From: Squalus acanthias | Lineage: Eukaryota | Assembly (NCBI GenBank): GCA_030390025.1 | Contig: CM059432.1 | Coordinates: 140,060,001-140,124,000 of the forward strand | Length of the DNA stretch: 64,000 nt | Direction of reading: 5' to 3' | In this document: positions 59,320-64,000 of the stretch, piece by piece | Position numbering within the stretch: position 1 is the first letter of the stretch | Layout: each line of letters starts with the position of its first letter | Position numbers and translations under genes: made by a program | Notes under the pieces: model-generated | Seen by the model: the letters and a program-made list of their open reading frames with translations, nothing else | The model's database searches: none | Told to the model about the DNA's origin: nothing

Positions 59320-61448
59320 AAATGGCAAACATTCAAAGACCGCATGGATGAACTACAGAATTTGTTCATCTCAGTGTGGCATAAGAACAAAACAAAAAAG
59401 GTGACTCAACCGTGGCTAACAAGGGAAATTAGGGATAGCATAAGATCCAAGGAGAGGACATATAAATTGGCCAGAAAAAGCAGTAACCCTGAGGATTGGG
59501 AGCAGTTTAGGATTCAGCAAAGGAGGAGAAAGGGATTAAGTAAGAAGGGGAAAATAGAATATGAGAGGAAGCTTGCAGGGAACATAAAAACTGACTGTAA
59601 AAGCTTTTATAGATATGTGAAGAGTAAAAGATTGGTGAAGTCAAGCGTAGGTCCCTTGCAGTCAGAATCAGGGGAACTTATAATGGGGAACAAAGAAATG
59701 AAAGACCAATTAAATACATATTTTGGTTCTGTCTTCACAAAGGAGGACACAAATAACCTCCCAGAGATGTCGGAGAACATAGGGTCTGATGAAAGGGAGG
59801 AACTGAAAGAAATCAGTATTTGTAGGGAAATGGTGTTAGGGAAATTGGCGGGATTGAAGGCTGATAAATCCCCAGGGCCTGATAATCTACATCCTAGGGT
59901 ACTTAAGGAAGTGGCCCTAGAAATAGTAGATGCATTGCTGATCATCTTCCAACATTCGATAGAATCTGGAACAGTACCCATGGATTGGAGGGTAGCTAAT
60001 GTTACCCCACTATTCAAAAAAGGTGGTAGAGAGAAAACAGGGAATTACAGACCGGTAAGCCTGACATCGGTAGTGGGGAAAATGCTAGAGTCCATTATAA
60101 AAGATGTAATAGCAGAGCACTTGGAAAACAGTGACAGGATCGGACAAAGTCAACATGGATTTACAAAAGGTAAATCGTGCTTGACTAATCTACTGGAATT
60201 TTTTGAGGATGTAACTGGTAAAATAGATAAGGGAGAACCAGTGGATGTGGTGTATTTGGACTTTCAAAAGGCTTTCGATAAGGTCCCGCATAAGAGATTA
60301 GCGTGTAAAGTTAAGGCACATGGGATTGGGGGCAACGTATTGACTTGGATAGAGAACTGGTTGGCAGACAGAAAGCAAAGAGTTGGAATAAACGGGTCTT
60401 TTTCCGAGTGGCAGGCAGTGACTAGTGGGGTACCACAGGGATCGGTCCTTGGACCCCAGCTATTCACAATATATATTAATGATCTAGACAAGGGAACTAG
60501 ATGTAATATCTCCAAGTTTGCAGATGACACAAAGCTGGGTGGGCGTGTGTGCTGTGAGGAGGATGCCGAGAAACTCCAGGATGATTTGGACAGGTTGGGT
60601 GATTGGGCAGAAGCATGGCAGATGCAATATAACGTGGATAAGTGCGAGGTTATCCACTTTGGTGTCAAAAACAGGAAGGCAGATTATTATCTGAATGGCA
60701 ATAGATTGGGAGAAGGGGAAGTGCAACGAGACCTGGGTGTCCTTGTGCACCAGTCGCTGAAGGTAAGCATGCAGGTGCAGCAGGCGGTTAAGAAGGCAAA
60801 TGGTATGTTGGCCTTTGTAGCGAGAGGGTTTGAGTACAGGAACAAGGATGTCTTGCTGCAGTTGTACAGGGCCTTGGTGAGACCACACCTTGAGTATTGT
60901 GTGCAGTTTTGGTCGCCTTATCTGAGGAAGGAGGTTCTTGCCATGGAAGGAGTTCAGCGAAGATTCACCAGGCTGATACCTAGGATGGCAGGAATGACGT
61001 ATGAGGAAAGATTGGGTCGATTGGGCTTATACTCGCTGGAGTTTAGAAGAATGAGAGGGGACCTCATTGAAACTTATAAAATTCTGACAGGACTGGACAG
61101 ACTAGATGCAGGAAGGATGTTCCCGATGGTCGGGGAGTCCAGAACCAGGGGTCACAGTCTAAGGATAAGGGGTAAGCCATTTAGGACAGAAATGAGGAGG
61201 AATTTCTTCACCCAGAGAGTGGTGAACCTATGGAATTCTCTACCACAGAAGGCAGTAGAGGCCAATTCATTAACTAGATTCAAGAAGGAGTTGGATATAT
61301 TTCTTAAGGCTAAAGGGATCAAGGGATATGGGGAGAAAGCAGGGACAGGGTTCTGAATTTGGATGATCAGCCATGATCGCATTGAATGGCGGAGCAGGCT
61401 CGAGGGGCCGAATGGCCTACTCCTGCTCCTATCTTCTATGTTTCTATG
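59320..61448 (+). mobile_element. CR1 LINE, 5'-truncated, uninterrupted 670-aa RT region (59344-61356)
   Basis: PWLT, KSPGPD, NYRPVSLTS, YLDFQKAFDKVPH, KFADDTKLGG; (ctatgttt) tail. Confidence 0.97.
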
Positions 61449-62397
61449 AGACGGAATTCTAAAAGTTGGCAGCTGAAATGACAGTAAGAATAGAAAAGAA
61501 TTCAATAGAGAATGACTAGAGATAATTAGCTTACATCAGCAGAAAACTTCAAAGAATAAACCACTAAAAAAAGGTAGAAAAATAGAGCTTTTCAGATAGA
61601 AAGTCAGAAGTCGCTGGAAGGAGCAGAGCGATTCTCACCTTCAGAACCACTCTTTAGGTCTACAACTCTTTGAGTCTCGGGTAATCAAGGTATTTGATTT
61701 TGGTGGATATTCTGGATTAAGAAATAAGTAGAAGTGTGGAAATGTAACGAAGTTAAGATTTGAGAGTAAGGATCTCTGATAAGAAATGTAAGCTATTTGT
61801 ATTTTGGACTGTTAAAGTTGCGATGAAATCGACAGCTGTTAACTACATGTCGGTTCTTTAATAAATCTATATATTTTTAAAATTGTCTCACAGAGTATTT
61901 CTGTATCAACTCGCGAACTCAATTTCTGTACACTCCTTTGAGAGGAGTTGCAGAATTCTGGGGGTTTTTCCAGACCCTCATAATATCCGGAAGGTTACAG
62001 TCTAGTTAAACTTGTTAAAAGTGCTATCCGGAGGATGGTAACATCTTCAGGCCGTTCCTTTCCTTTAGGGAGAGATAGTCTGACCTTTAGACCCAATTAA
62101 GCGTCTCTAGGATTCGGCTACCGCTAACTTTAGTTGAAGGTGAACGTCTGGGGAATACGCCTGATCTGGGGTAGCCCGAAAAGGGCTAGGACTTGTAATT
62201 ATCCCTTCACTACTTGGGTGGCAGTAGCGACGAGTGATTTTGTTGGTAGAAAATTCTGATGGCCATTTTGGTGGCAAGCCACACCGCCCTATTATACTTA
62301 ATACAAAAGTGTTTCATTGGCTGTAAAGCACTTTGGGATGTCCTGATGATGTGAAAGGCGTTATATAAATATAAGTTCTTCCTTTCTTTCTTCCTTT

Positions 62398-64000
62398 GGT
62401 TTAGAAATTTGTGTTTGCCGCGAAAGTTGCCGGTGTCACCGACAACTGGAGGTAACGTCCGCTAAAAATGGCCGCAATGCTAAGGAGAATAAATTTGTCT
62501 GGGGGCTGGAGATTGGTGGTGCAGCATTAACCTTCCATGCAACGCCCTCCTGGTGGCGTTAGTGGAGACCTTCGAGGCGAAGTTGCTGTCCTGAAGCGGC
62601 GTTCGAGCTTTGCGCAGACTCTGGGAGCGAGGTTGTTGAGTTCACAAGGAATTGTGGGCAATTAAAAGGGCTATGAATTAAAGGGGCCATGCACTCAGAA
62701 CTAATACAAATTAAAATGCAGTGTAAAAAATGTCAGCCCTTACTGCCTTTCAAAAAAAAATTAACATGCGATTATTCAGCTCTTAAAGCTGAATTCCCTT
62801 CTGAACCTCAAAAAATGGGAAAACTGCTTCAGCACTAACACAAATGGCTCAGCAAGCCAGGGAAGGGGCACTCAGGGTCTCGCACGCAGCACTCCAGCTT
62901 TGTGCAGGGGTCAACACTGCAAGAGAGGGCCTCTACCCACAGGGGCCAGGAGGCCCTCCAGAAGAATGATGTGGGACCAGATCACCGAGGCTGTCACTGC
63001 CAGCAGTGTCGCTCCCACCACCTGGCTCCAGTGCCCAATGAAGCTTCATGACCTCATACCAGTGGTCGAGGTCGGTGAATGCATCTTCAAAAGCCATCTC
63101 CTACTAACTGCACCACTAGCTTCACACACTGCTCAATGCACAACCCCACCCCCAATCACTCACCTACCAACAATCTGCACTAATCATGAGCCACACCTCC
63201 CATTCCTAGCCTCACCTCACCCCTTTGGAGGAGACGGTGCAGGCCATTCTTGGCAGGGGCATGGCTGAGCCCTTGGCCAGCGGCGGGGCTGAAAGGATAA
63301 AAGATGCTGGTATCCTCGTACGTCATCCTCCTTCTGGCATGCACCTCATGCTTTCTCATCCTCCCCTCACCACAATTCCACCCTTGTGCCTTCCTCATTT
63401 CACACACCCAAAAAATGCAGCCTGCCCAGCCAGTGGTTGACCAAGAAGAGGGAGAGGAGAGTGAAGAAGAAGAAGAAACACCGTCACTCGATTTCACACT
63501 CCCAGCCACCAGCTCCTCAAGGTCGACCAGCAAGGCCATTTGCAGTGTCCCCCACTGAAAGTCAGCAGCCTTCCACCAGCCATGCTGCAGCCACTGGGGT
63601 AGCACTACGTGACATCAGTAGGATAGGCAAAGGCACACACAAGACAGTCACTAAGAGAATGCATAAAGGTGATGATTTGATTTCTTGATGTCATATTGGA
63701 TGGATAGATGTATAAAGTGGGATTGGAAAGTTTGCTTTGTGGTGGCTTTTATTTCAGTATTGTGGCCAAGAGGACGCTGTGATGGTCAGTAACAGAGGGA
63801 AGGTAAGGTGTGGGACAAATGTTGAAAGGGGAATTGGGGTTGTGGTCACTGGTACCGCAGGCGGATGATTCCATCCCGCATATCCCGGCCAGAAAGGGGC
63901 TGTCTGGGTTGCATCCTTCCTTCTGCTTCCTCCTCTTCGGCTTCTTCCTTTTCCGCTTCCGCCTCTTCCCACTGCGAGCGGATGCTGTAAATCTGAAATG
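62398..64000 (+). mobile_element. Second copy of the chimeric Harbinger-derived element; runs off the window end
   Basis: Terminus ggtttagaaattt; Myb/SANT motif MWDQITEAVTASSVAPTTWLQCPMKLHDL; same stub/Penelope junction at 63961-64000 as at 18637-18674. Confidence 0.85.

Overview
Eukaryotic, repeat-dense, gene-poor DNA. The repeat families (CR1/HER1-type LINEs, L2 LINEs with a SacSINE1-like Deu-domain SINE partner, RTE, Penelope-like elements, Harbinger and hAT derivatives) point by inference to a cartilaginous fish, probably a shark. Nearly all ORFs in the track are LINE reverse-transcriptase fragments or their antisense shadows. No host protein-coding gene can be called with confidence; there are only weak promoter, exon and pseudo-exon candidates. 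Most notable: (1) a young Penelope-like insertion (43054-44748) forming an apparently perfect 690-bp inverted repeat, with GIY-YIG coding sequence and a minimal hammerhead ribozyme in each arm; (2) two copies of a chimeric non-autonomous Harbinger (Myb/SANT gene, transposase C-terminal stub, captured Penelope tail); (3) a 39 x 28-bp minisatellite born inside a SINE Deu domain; (4) unusually long duplications flanking L2-driven insertions; (5) a near full-length CR1 with an esterase ORF1; (6) a fragmented hAT transposase fossil. Family names come from recalled motifs, not database searches. Boundaries of old elements are approximate.
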